Shown here in pieces: positions 36,324-48,412 of a DNA stretch of 64,000 nt. A program made the translations under genes and the position numbers. The DNA is from Macrostomum lignano (lineage: Eukaryota). The stretch's first letter is position 1; the number at the start of each line of letters is the position of its first letter. A model generated the notes under the pieces. That model had not been told where the DNA came from. It saw nothing but the letters and a program-made list of their open reading frames with translations, and made no database searches. The DNA lies in NCBI GenBank assembly GCA_002269645.1, contig NIVC01002398.1, forward strand, positions 1 to 64,000. Direction: 5' to 3'.

Positions 36324-37100
36324 GAAGAGAAGCAATTGTAAAGACAGAACTTGATCAGTCATGCTTGCAGCGATAGTCTTCAATGTCTTGCATTTCTTCT
36401 TTTTAAACCCAAAAGAAGAATCAAAAGCAGCATTGGCACGAAAGGGGATGCGCGGAAGCAACCCCATAAGAGCAACAGCTCGAATTAAAAGTGTATTTTG
36501 CATTACGAAAGCAAACAGCGATGCAAGAAAATTGGAAAAATAAAACTTTAAAGAAAAAAAATTGAGCTCATGCAGGCAGCCAATAACGCTGAGTCAACTG
36601 AGCGAGACGCCAATAAAAGGGGCGACGGCGCAGAGGCTAAAGCCCACCCCACCAGGCCACCACCCCACACACGCAGAGCCAAAGCACCACCCACACAGAG
36701 CGGACAGGAGAGAGAAAGTACGCAAGGCGACACAAGGCGGGCAGAGGAGTGGGCTTTAAAACTGGCTATTGACTAGTCAAGACCAGTCACAAACCAACAC
36801 AAATAAAAGGCTCGATTGATAGCTTTTCTACCTGTCTTTTTAGTGATGAAATACCAAATCAATTTTATCATATCAGAAGTGTATATACTTTTAGTCAGGA
36901 AGCAGAGTGCATTCGCTGCTAGCTCGTACTTTTCCTCTGGAAGCTGAGAAGTTGTTTGCTACTCTAGAGACTAATACAAGTAGGTGTGGAAGAAGGTCTG
37001 AGCAGCGGACGGCTAAGAGGACGACCAATCTCAGACATGAGCTGCCCTTATCGCTCAGGAGCTTTACCTACCGATGATTAATAAGCGCTGGAGTTTCTTA
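36324..37100 (-). pseudogene. Orphan exon 1 + promoter of the glycine-rich gene family (fragment G)
   Basis: ATG at 36362 reads MTDQVLSLQLLLF with the donor lost; TATA-like box at 36881-36887 and promoter homology to ~37100; no exons 2-4. Confidence 0.7.
36404..36800 (-). mobile_element. Solo A-B repeat of the Ngaro-like element
   Basis: Reverse complement matches A (10595/12591) followed by B (12515/12888); interrupts the 5' UTR of fragment G. Confidence 0.7.
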
Positions 37101-37235
37101 AAAAGTAATTTTTATTATTGCCCAAGGGCAGCCGTAGTTCCCACACAAGCGCAGAGACACTTCTGCCCATTCCGATGACTTTTGAGCACATTGATGTGCG
37201 TCAATAATTTACGCGCGAGTACTGTATGTAGCACC

Positions 37236-37279
<44 letters not shown>

Positions 37280-37399
37280 GAGGGGTACAGCGGCCCTGAC
37301 TTTTTAACTGTCAGAAATGTACACTCGGTTTACCCTACGGGTTGTTGGTCTTGGTTGTGGATGGTTGTGAATCTCACGACAACTGCCGGTGACCAACTT

Positions 37400-38200
37400 T
37401 TTTTGCCGCGAAATGAAACGAACCATGTGCTGGAGGCTGTCAGGATGGAAAGCAAGCCACCAGATCTCGAGCGGCACTACCGGAAGTTGTGGGCGGCTAA
37501 ATGGAACCAGCTAAGCCGCACAGACACGAGCTCGCTCCGTTGGGAGCTCGTCAATTAGGGGCCGGCGCAAAGGCTGAAGAAACTAGGTTGGAGGAGACCA
37601 GGCGGTCGCCGAGCTAGAGAGTATGGATATGCTGAACATTCCCAGGACCAGAGACGCACCCCCTGAAGCGCTGTGGAGCAGCGGGAAGCTCGTCAGCTGA
37701 ACCATGAGGGGAACTAAGCACAAACGACTAAGCACAAAGGAAGTCAACAGAGCTAAATGTGTGGCTACTGTGGCGGAGGTCAGTGCCGGCATCGACCTTA
37801 CTATTTTCACTAAAGGCTTGGATAGCAAGGAAGGTAGAGGCGGCAGCAGAACCGATATTATGCGTAGCGCCGACGTCTGCAAGAATGAAATCGAAACGGG
37901 AGACATCATCGAGACGATCGAGAAGCCAGCGGGCGCGGTGAGCAGCTCCGTCGCTGCCAAAGCGAGTCTCCGGAACAGCGTCTGGGACTGGCGAGCTACC
38001 GCCATCATCTCAGACAGCGCAAGCGCTCTTAAGGGTCTCATGGGCACTGGGGGGGGGGGGGGGGCAGAAATCGCATCGCCGAAATTCAGGACCTGAGGTG
38101 CGAGGTTAAGCTCGCGTGGGTGCCTGCGTACTCCGGCTTGCCGTGCATCGAAGCAGCCGATGCTACGGCCGGTAGAGCCAATCAGCTTCCCCAGGAGGGA
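37400..38200 (+). mobile_element. I/Ingi-type LINE remnant with RNase H domain
   Basis: DLTIFTKG..EGRGGS, TIEKPAGAVSSSVAA, AIISDSASALKGL and VKLAWVPAYSGLPCIEAADATA match the RNase H motifs of RNase-H-bearing LINEs; degenerate. Confidence 0.65.
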
Positions 38201-38419
38201 ACTGAAATCACAGACTGAAATCCAAACTGCGCCATGAGAGCACCAGCTTCAGCCACAATAGAGGCAGCAAAGGAAGCAATGCAGCGTTCAGCTCCAGAGC
38301 CGAAGCTGTTATTTTCCGCCGCTTTGGATCCGGGCACTCCCTAGAGCTGGCGTCCTCGCGCCCTGGATCTTCGACGGATGCAGCGTCGCGCCCGACCGAC
38401 TATCGCAGTGTGAGTGCAC

Positions 38420-38700
38420 GCTTAATGGCAGTAGTGTGAAGGCGCTTTTAGAAACACCGGAAGCCAGTGTTCACTAGTTGAGTCCAGCATCCTGACAAAA
38501 TCCCAGCTCAGACAGGCAAACACAGTCAGAGTGCAACCTCATTCTATGAGCAAGCAGCCAATTAGCATAGAACGGCAAATTGAATTGCCGGTGGTGGAGT
38601 GGTAGCTCAGCAATTGTTTTTCGTTGTGTCAGGTTTGGTCTGTCCTGTCATTGCTGGAGTCGACTTCATCGGCAACCAAAATTTGCAACTGGACTTCACA
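38420..38700 (+). mobile_element. Ty3/gypsy aspartic protease remnant
   Basis: CTLNGSSVKALLETPEASV (decayed LLDTGAS) and FFVVSGLVCPVIAGVDFI. Confidence 0.55.
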
Positions 38701-38814
38701 GGATCTTCACAAGAAGCTGGCCAAGTCTGCAGCACTGAGGCTGACACCGACGATCCAGTTGACATCGAAGTCACACTCGTCCCCGAGTTAATTGTCCCCG
38801 CTGAGAAGGGTCGG

Positions 38815-39560
38815 CGGCACCTGGAGAAGCGGCTGTCCGTTCTCGGCTATGCGGACGACCTCGCGCTGCTGTCAACGACGGCTGAAGGCGCCCAGCGGCT
38901 GCTGGATGGCCTGACGGCAGCAGCGTCGCGAGTCGGCCTCAAGCTGAACGCGCGGAAGACGGTAGTCTTCACTGTATACTCCAAAAAGCCTGCCGAATAA
39001 TCGAGACGCTGCCGGGGATGCAATCATGCTTACCCACTGCCAGCGGTTCCTGTATCTCTGCGGCCTCGTGCCGGACCTTGCCGACGACCTGGTGAGAGGA
39101 CGAGGATTGGCCTGGGCCGCGCTCCGTGCTCCATTCTGAGGCCCTGGATGAAAGGCTCAAGGCTCGGCTGTTTCAGGCAGTCGTTAAGACTGTCCTGTTG
39201 TACAACGCCTAGACCTGGACCCTGCCGCACGCCTTAGAGAGGCAGCTGGACGCTGCGCATGCGGCCATGCTGCGTGCGGCGTTCAGAGTGCGCAGCGGTC
39301 CAGACAGCGAGACCAACGCCGCACTCTACGCAAGAGCGCGCCTGATGCGGCTTTCTGACCTGCTGCGCGGGCGACGACTTTGACTAGCTGGCCATATCAT
39401 CCAGTCGGAGGCCCGCTGCCCTGAGCCGCTACACGAAGTGCTGCTGCTCAAGCTGCAGGGACCGCGCAGGCGAGGCCAAGGGCGAACGGCGAGATATCCT
39501 GACCAGCTTTTGACTGATGCTGGCGCCTCGGACCAAGCTGGGGGTGTGACTTTTTGAGAG
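38815..39560 (+). mobile_element. RTE-like LINE reverse transcriptase 3' fragment
   Basis: LSVLGYADDLALLSTTAEGAQRLLDGLTAAASRVGLKLNARKT (YADD motif), followed by a frameshifted C-terminal region. Confidence 0.8.
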
Positions 39561-41593
39561 CTTGAGGACGCGCTCTCTGACTTCTCCCCCCATTTATGGT
39601 CACTGATCAAGTGTCTGGCGGGAGAAGTCTTGTTGTTTTTAATGTATTGGAATTAGGGATGGAATCTGTGGGAATTTGCAATTCTCTCGATTGGCCAGGT
39701 CGGCAGAACCATTTTTCGCTCGTCGTCTGATTAGGGTAGCGAACAGGAATTTCCACCTAGGTAGATGTCTAGGACGCAGCACATAGCAACTCGAGAATCT
39801 GTCTTCATGTAAACATGTTCAACTACTATGTAAAGCTACCGTTAAAGGCTTGAAGAGTTTAAGAGTGGTGATCAGTCACTCAAAAACTCCCACTTCTAGA
39901 CACTGGGGAACAAGTGCCTAGGTTTTACCAGTTCAAACTACTTACTGCAGCGGATCCTCTTGGGGTCGGCAGCCGGTGGAGTTCTGTGGCACGTCGGGAT
40001 AGCAAGCTTGCTGAGCGGTTACGGCGACCGGTTCCGGTGAACAACTGTTTTTCTTTGGTGTCCTTAACTTTATCTGTGGGTCGACCAGAACGAGAGCGAA
40101 TCAAAATTCTTGACGGTCCTCGAGCTCGAAATTAACAGTAGAACGTGCGCCCTAATGAACAATTGAATTCTCTAATTTTCTGTGATAGGTCCTCCTGAAG
40201 GGCGGCTTCTTCGTTACGTCCGAAACGTAACGGATAACTCAATTAAATCAATAAATCCTCTAGGAATATCCTAGGAAACAAGGAGGCCTTTCTCAAATGT
40301 ATCGACAATGAACTGCTCTCGTATACTCAATTAACCAACTTATTAGCGCTAGTAACAAATATCTAAATCGGGTAAACGCTTACCAATTGGACAGGTGTGG
40401 TCCCTCAGAGATTGGTCTTCTTATTTCTTCAGAGTCTTCTTAGAGACCGCTCCGAGTCTGAATTTTTGACTCAAATTTCACTTATATTTATAGCAAAATT
40501 TTGGAGAAAAACCGGTTTGGGATTGGGTACATGTATTTACTTAGGTCAAAAATGTTTGATTAAGCTGTCATGCATGTTTGAGCATTACCATATATGGGGT
40601 TAAGCAAATACAGCTGTTGGAATCCGGTTCCTTGATCAAACAATGTAGGTTTCTAAATCATTCTGTTTGCGCGTGATTCCTAAAATAGATATGACTCATT
40701 TTGAAAGAAATTGACTTCCTTAGAATATTACTTCAAGTAGAGCATTACGGTATGGTCTAATAACTCTACAGGCTTAGCGGCCTACATACAAAGTTTAAAA
40801 CCTTGCAATTCCATCGTGGTTGTTCATACTTGAGCCTAGCAAGCGGTATGGAGCAACTGTAGGAATCTGCAGCCGAGGGCCGAAAGCAGATACTGAAAGA
40901 CAGCTGACCACACAAATCTGTTTATCTCGTTTAAAAATTGCCCTGAAATTCTCTGGCAGAAAAAAAGACGAGCGGCTTCAAACAGACGAGTGCATTGAGT
41001 ATTTATTAATTATTGGGATTTGAGAACTGTTTAAGTTGTCTGAGTGCAAAGTCAGTAGCAGAGAAAAGATTCCATAATCGGGTGAATAGCAGTTCAGTAT
41101 GGCGTGATTTCAGGACAGAGACAGCAAAAACATACGAAAACTAAGCTTTGTACGAAAACTAAGCTAAGAATATAAAGATCTAATAAAAAGTAACAACATG
41201 ATTAATCACATTGGCTGCAAGTTATGAATTTTATAATGCACATACACTAGGGAGGAGAAGTTAGTGACTACAATGTTCTTATCACTAGCAGCATAGTGCG
41301 GATAATATGGAATTAAATATTGTTTAGCTACATTTATAAAAGCAAACTAACAAAATTTATTATGCCTACTTTAAAACCCTTCCCCCAAATAATTGCTAGT
41401 ATTTTGCAATGACTAAAATTCTATTGAACTGCTATGTTCTACTAGTAGCCATCCAAGCAGTCAAAGAACTAACCCATTTGAACCAAAAGAAAAACTTCAC
41501 GGTTCACAAGAATAAGCAGTACTACACAATGACCATCAAAGTTGAAACACGACAGCTCGCCAGGCCCAAAATGAGCAAGCAGTTGCAGTGCAA

Positions 41594-43088
41594 TCAGGTG
41601 CCCGAGTCGCACGCGGCTGAGGCCGACTCCAGCAGGACGGACACGAAGCCCTGGTCGCCGGTCCAGGTGCCGCCGAACACGCAGCCGCCACTACAGAAGG
41701 AGCCGCCGCCTCCGCCGATGTGGCCGTAGGCCAGTCCAGCTCCGCCGCCGCTGAAGCCGCCGCCGGCTCCAGGGGTGCCTTTCTCTGAGCCGGTCATGCT
41801 GCCGCCTCCACCGCCTCCGCCGAAGCCTCCATCGCAGACGCTGCCGTCTCCGGCGCTGCCGCCGACCCAGCCGTGGGCCAGACTGCCGCCTCTCTCTCCG
41901 TCCGAGGAGCTCCGTCTGGGGTTAACGGCCCTGCCGAGCCAGCCGGCGCCGCAGCCGCCGTGGTTGCTTTTGAGGTGGGTGCTAGCGGGGCTGTTTGAGC
42001 CTGGCTTACCGTTGGCGCCGCCGAATCCCGGGTATGCGCTGTTGGCTCCGTTGCTGTCGGAACCGTTTGTCCCAGTCTCTGCTGGTTGTCCTACCATCAA
42101 TAAAACTTCTTATTAGAGTGGTTTAATGGCTTCTGATGATTTACAATTTAAGCAACTGCTGCTACTAAGCCCACCATTTCTAGCGAAGGAAGCTCCGCCG
42201 CCTCCGCCGGCAGCCAGCAGCAGCAGCTGGTCGACCGTCCGGTACACGAAGCTGCCGCCGCCTCCGCCGCCTCCTTCATAATCCAAGAACGTCGAGCCGC
42301 CCATCTGGCCCACAACGATGCTCAGCTGGGTGCCGGCTGTCAGGTTAACTCTGGCGCTCACCTGGGCTCCCTGGCCTCCGGATGTGTTCGTCAGTAAGTT
42401 TCCGCCACCTCTGGCGCCGGCAGCTTTGATCAGGTAGCAGCCGGTCGTGTTGATGAGGACGCTTTGGATTGAGCCGTTTCTACCTGTGCTGCTGTCTGCA
42501 ATGGAGCAGCGTCAGCGAGTTACAAAACTGGAGTGAGTGCAATTTCTGTCTGTGCCGAAATCATGGTAGCCACCCTCGACAAAGACTATGCATTGATGAC
42601 TCACTCCGAAGCTGCACTGCAGGAGAAGGCCAGTCGCTGTCGTCCGCCTTCCACACCTTCGCACCGACCTGAGATCCGATGACTTGCTGCACCTGATCTG
42701 CTGAGATTGACAGCTTGGCGGTTGTTATGGTGACCATCTCGCACGTGGCATTGCTCTCCACCGAGACGGCAGCGCTGCAGCTCACCCTCTGGCACTTCGC
42801 TAGACAATCGGTAGCATCAGTGGCCTTGGTTGTTGTTGTGACGTTGTTGTAGGCGTTCAGAACGGCTTCCAGCATGTGAAGCTGCTGCTCTGAGCACACA
42901 GAATAGGTCCGCAAACTGGTGGTGCCTTGTACTCGAAGCACGAGAGAGCAGCAAACTGCATTGGGGCAATGCGCGGTCAGTAATACACAGCATGCATTGA
43001 ATAACTGTGAGCAGCGGTTCTTAAGTCAGGGTGGCAATCACTTACCGAATAAGAAAAGTAATTGTACAGACAGAATTTTATCAGTCAT
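41594..43088 (-). CDS. Secreted PAN-like + ALK/LTK-type glycine-rich domain protein, copy H (403 aa)
   Basis: Exons 43088-43046, 42955-42605, 42495-42175, 42090-41594; GT-AG, phase 1, open frame of 1212 nt. Confidence 0.85.
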
Positions 43089-44759
43089 GCTTGCAGCGAT
43101 AGCTTGATTGTCGGCCTTCAATTTACTGCGAATCTTCTTGAGTAAAAGGCTTGATGGATAGCTATTTAACCTTTCTTTCAACAGTTGAAATCCAAAATGA
43201 ATTAATCATATAATCACCAGTGTATATACTCTTAGGCGGGAAGCAGAGTTCGTTCGAGAAGTCACTTGCTACACTCTAGAGACTGAATCAAGATGTGGAA
43301 GAAAGTCTGAGCAGAGGTGGGTTCGCAGCTAATTATAGACTTGAGTTGTCCTCGTGGTTCGGGAGCTTTATCTATCGATGATGCTTGAGCGCTGTTCTGC
43401 AGGAGTTTCCCAAATAATAACAGTTATACTCGCAAAAGGATGCAGGTATAGCCTTAGGTGTACAGAAAGAAAGTGTATCGGATTATGGCCAAAAATTGTT
43501 ATACTTAGCATCTTGATTAGTTAGGTTGTTCACGCATCGCTACGATGGCAGCTGAACAAAAAATAACAGCCTTTGCATTGCGTGCAGCAGAGTCGTGTGT
43601 GGTGCCCTGCTTCAGTGAGCCGCTGCCAAAAATGAGTGGGGACTTGACGCAGCTGCTCAGTCAAGTGCATCAGAGTCGCAAAACACCCAAATCTTCAGTC
43701 AGCTGCATCGGTAGATGATTCTGGGTGCTGCTGCTTAGAAATGAGTTCCGCTGTAGTCGGCAAGCTTCGCACTGGCACTGAGAACCAGAAGATTCTATGC
43801 ATTTGTCATTTAAACTGCAGCTGTGACAATCGTTTAAACTCGCAACAATGTTTGCGTTTATGCTTTACCACCATTTAAAAATACCTGTAACACGGCTTAT
43901 CTACTGTAATATAAAGTTTACCAGTCATATATCATGTTCAAATCAGCAAAAAAGCACATCATTACGAGTAATAGCCTCACATAGTGATGTCATCATAAGC
44001 ATGGCGCATGTACACCATATTTTCCTTCAGCAGTGTATTAATAGTTGAAGGCTGGCTCCATCAATAGATGATTCTGGGCGCTGCTAGTCAGAGCTGAGTT
44101 TCATTGTTGTCTGAAAAATTCTCGCGCAGGGACTGAGACCCATAAGCAAACAGATATTGTCTTTTAAAAGTCAGACTAACTGTCAGACTCACCCTGGTTA
44201 AAGTTGATTTCTTGTAAAACTGGCTTGGAAATGCTGGCTACAGTCTGTAAATATTTAGTCGATTTTATTAATAAATAAAATAATTAGAATAATTATATAT
44301 GATTTCTAGGCTTAATGAGTCTGATTCGTGTTGTTTTTGCCATGTAACCAATGTCTGGATTCTATTCCATTTAAACAAATGAATTCTATGCATCATTTCT
44401 CAATTTCATTTCCCGAATTAGCAGAAAATATAATAAAATAATGTCTGTACTTACACCGCTGGTGACACAAGCATTTCAAGTAGTGTGAGACTAAGTTAAA
44501 TATCTCTAATTCTAACTATCCGCTAAACCTCTTATCACTAGTAGTGCATGTGCATTTTAAGTTTCATTGCACACCCGAGAGTCAATTGTTCTTCAATACA
44601 TTTTTTATGTTTCAGTTCGTAAATCACTTCGGGTTAAACTGCTATTTCACTGATTCTTGAACCTTTCACTGCTAATGAATTTGCACTCAGACAACTCAAA
44701 GGTTTCTCAAAAAGATTACATTTCTCTCCCTGTGGGCTGAAATCCAGAAGGTTGCGTAC

Positions 44760-45680
44760 TGCAAATCGAATTTGTCCAGAGTCCGCGCTTCCTCGATGAC
44801 TTGGCGAAGAGCCAGGATCTGCGCCACTGTGCCCCGGTGGGGCCGGAACCCATTCTGCTCAGGACGCAGGTACGGATCCAGCACGGGCTGCAACCGCGAT
44901 AGCAGCATACGGTTGAACAGATTCGCAGCGCAGGACTGCAGGCAGATACCTCAGTGCTCTTCAAGCCGCGTGATGCACGGCTTCTTCGGAATAGCGACGA
45001 TGTGCGCCGTGGTCAATTCGTTGGGTGCAGCCTCTCCGAAAAGCACGCGGTTCATCACTCTGGCGACCTCACTGGCCACACAGTGAGTCGCAGCGACTCG
45101 ATGGGCACCTCGTCCGGACCCAGCGCTTTCCCGCCCGGTGACTGTTGGGCGAGCCTCACAACGTCGGCTGTGCTGACTGGTGCAAAGCTGAAACTCTCCT
45201 CTGCCGGCAACGGCGTCTCCGGCGGCAGCCTCAAATCGTTTGGCAGCGGGGGCGACGGCGCGTTGACGATGGCGGCGAAGAACTCGCGCAGCTCATTTCT
45301 GCGCTCCTACGGAGTGTCGCCAGCCAGGTTGAGCGGAGTGTTGCCCAGTCAGAGCATTAATGGTGGACCAGGCCACGCGCCCTTTGGCGTCGGGTCCAGC
45401 GGCGGTGACGGCCTGGATGGCGTCGTCAACAGCGGCCTGTTGCCGCTGCAGGTAGACAGCCGCCAGAGCCTCCTCCGCCTCGCGAGTTGGCCGCCTGCTC
45501 AGACGGAGCCTCTCCAGCTCTGCCCTCGCTTGCCGAATCGATCAGGGTCATCCTGCCAGACCGGCTGTTTATGTTGGGCCGGTTGCATCAACGGGACTGC
45601 TTGCTCCGCCGCGGCTCTAACCGCGGCACTTACCTCAGTGTACTCGGCGCGCCCGCACCTGTCGCCAGGTCGCAAACTTG
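44760..45680 (-). mobile_element. RTE-like LINE fragment (N-terminal RT region)
   Basis: GGKALGPDEVPIE, TAHIVAIPKK, LFNRMLLSRLQPVLDPYLRPEQNGFRPHRGTVAQILALRQVIEEA; frameshifted and truncated. Confidence 0.8.
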
Positions 45681-46800
45681 CATAACCTTGGCTATTCCAA
45701 GGAATTCTAAACCTAGCAAGTCTCGTACGCGTTAGGCTCTGGCATTCTAATAGTCTTGTGCATTTTTTTAATATTGGAACTTTGACTCGTTGAGTAACAC
45801 AATAAATTAAAACCACAAGTAAGTCATATGGAAGGCTTATTACATAACATTATTAAAGCTTTTGGAAGTTGAGTTCTAAGGCTTAGCCGTCATCATGTTC
45901 AAATATACCCTTCAGAAAAACTAGCGCTTCGACTTAAGGATGAGATAATGCACAATGAGATAGATGAGATACCTGCTCTCGCAAGATTGAAGATGAGATA
46001 ATGCACAATGAGATAGACAAGGAGATGATTCAACATAATAAAAAAAATCGTTTTTATTGTTACTAATTATAGTCAGCTACATATATCTTCTGCATTGAGA
46101 TCTGCTATTTGCGATATTTCTAAGAACTGCTGTCTGTTTCTTTTTTGATCCATATCAAGCTATCCCTGTCGGTGTCAAGTGCATCAAATTTAGAGAGTTT
46201 CTGCCATAGACTTGAGAAATCTGACTGTTTGATCCGGGATTTGACGTTTTATACTGCCTAAAACTGAATTTGAATAACGGTAGAATAGGAGTGCTATAGC
46301 TATAGCAATTACCCAGCCATGGTAAATCCCACGAGACAAGCTTTCTTGCTTTCCAAGAAACTCACCTCGTTCTCTTGGGCGCCTCATCAATCGATAATTC
46401 TGGGGATCGGAGCTTCTCTGCTGTTCCATTGTTCCCGATTTTCGTGGGACCAAGAGTGACTAACAATGCATGGCTTTTCTCTTTACCTTGAAGAAAAAAT
46501 TGCTTTAGAACTCTTTCTTAAACTGCGTTGTGAGGAGTTTCTGCGCGCGGAGATTACTCCTACAGGTGGAGCTATGCGCCAGATGCAAGCATACAGTTGT
46601 ACTGCTGAAGTGGTTGCAATTATCAAACTACTTCGAGAGTAGTGGAATAAGCCGCACACATGTTGATTTCATCATTGACATTGCACGTGTACGAACTACA
46701 CCATATTTCTTTTTTCAACTACACAGGATATAGGCCTCAAGCCTCTGCAGTTGAAAGGTGGGCACCCTGCTTTAGCGACAGCTGCTGTTAAGAATGCCTA

Positions 46801-47300
46801 GAGACTTGATGCAGCCTACCAAAGAAGCGTGACTCCGTCTCTCAGGCTGGCTCCATCAATGGATGATTCTGGGCGCTGCTGTTCAGAGCTGAGTTCCATT
46901 GTTGTCTGCAAATTTCTCTATCTGAGAGACTTGATGCAGCCTACCAAAGAAGCGTGACTCCGTCTCTCAGGCTGGCTCCATCAATGGATGATTCTGGGCG
47001 CTGCTGTTCAGAGCTGAGTTCCATTGTTGTCTGCAAATTTCTCTATCTGAGAGACTTGATGCAGCCAACCAAAGAAGCGTGACTCCGTCTCTCAGGCTGG
47101 CTCCATCAATGGATGATTCTGGGCGCTGCTGTTCAGAGCTGAGTTCCATTGTTGTCTGCAAATTTCTCTATCTGAGAGACTTGATGCAGCCTACCAAAGA
47201 AGCGTGACTCCGTCTCTCAGGCTGGCTCCATCAATCGATGATTCTGGGCGCTGCTATTCAGAGCTGAGTTCCATTGTTGTCGGCAAATTTCTCTACCTGA
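46801..47300 (+). repeat. 125-bp tandem repeat x4
   Basis: Unit starts (gagacttgatgcagcc) at 46801, 46926, 47051, 47176; the unit is related to dispersed blocks at ~31740, ~43700 and ~44050. Confidence 0.95.
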
Positions 47301-48412
47301 GGACTGGGACCCTGAGAAGTGGGCGTACTGCAAACCAAATTTGTCTCTTTTTAAAACTAAGACATAGAAGCTGCTACCAGGGACTCGCCGACTCGCGGTC
47401 AAATACTCGCTAACAAAGACTTGCTACGGTAATGGACCTTCAACAGGTAGCGCCAGGTGACTACTATTGGGAATTTCTGTTGCAAATTTCTCTAGTTTCG
47501 CTGATCAAGCCTAGACAGTGGGCAAACATCAATTGCTGGACACCTTCAGCTAGTCTCTCGAGAATTCCATCATCACCCCGACGCCGTCGGCCGCTTCAAC
47601 AAATGGCAACAGATGACTATGGACACCGGAACGAGATTTTCATCATACTCTCAACATTTATAAAGCTCTTAGGAGTACTCCAAGCGAGTTTCCTTGGAGC
47701 GCCTGTTCAGAAAGGCTGAGTTCGTTCCAACGGGACCCTCACACCCTCACCTGACCGCAGACTGAGGTCTGAAGGAACCGGTGGCAGCCCAAACTATCCG
47801 ACGCTACAACTCAGGCTTTAAGTTGGAGCCACCGGTTACAACACTACCAAATTCTTGTGACATTCTAACTTGCTAAATTATGAGATCTGATAAGGTAGAA
47901 AACTGATTCTGATTTTGAAACTAAAGAATTCTGCTTCAATCAACACGTCTTAATTCTGTATTTGCTGTCAAAGGTTTCCATTAACAAACAGCTTTGACAT
48001 AATATATTTCAATAGTAAAGCTTCTAAACAGCATTATAATTAGTAAGCTAATTGAATAAAAAAAAGATTACCATAGGAATGTTACCAAGGTACTAACAAG
48101 GGCACGGTAATGCTAGTTTGAAGACAACCGCAATTTTTCAAGGCCTTGCGACCAAAAAATAAACAACGATAAATTATCGGGTGGAAATATTATAAATCAT
48201 AATTGATTAATTTAAAAATATTCCTACGTCAACTGAGTGCGCCAAAAAATGACCGCAATAAAAAAACATTCAGAACACAACAAAACAGACTACAGGATAA
48301 TGATGTGTCAATTTAGTCAAATAAATAAAAAATCACACACACGCTCACACAGGGTGTATACAGGAGCGGCCCTTGTGACTTTCTAATCGTCAGGCATTGA
48401 ATTATGTCAAAG

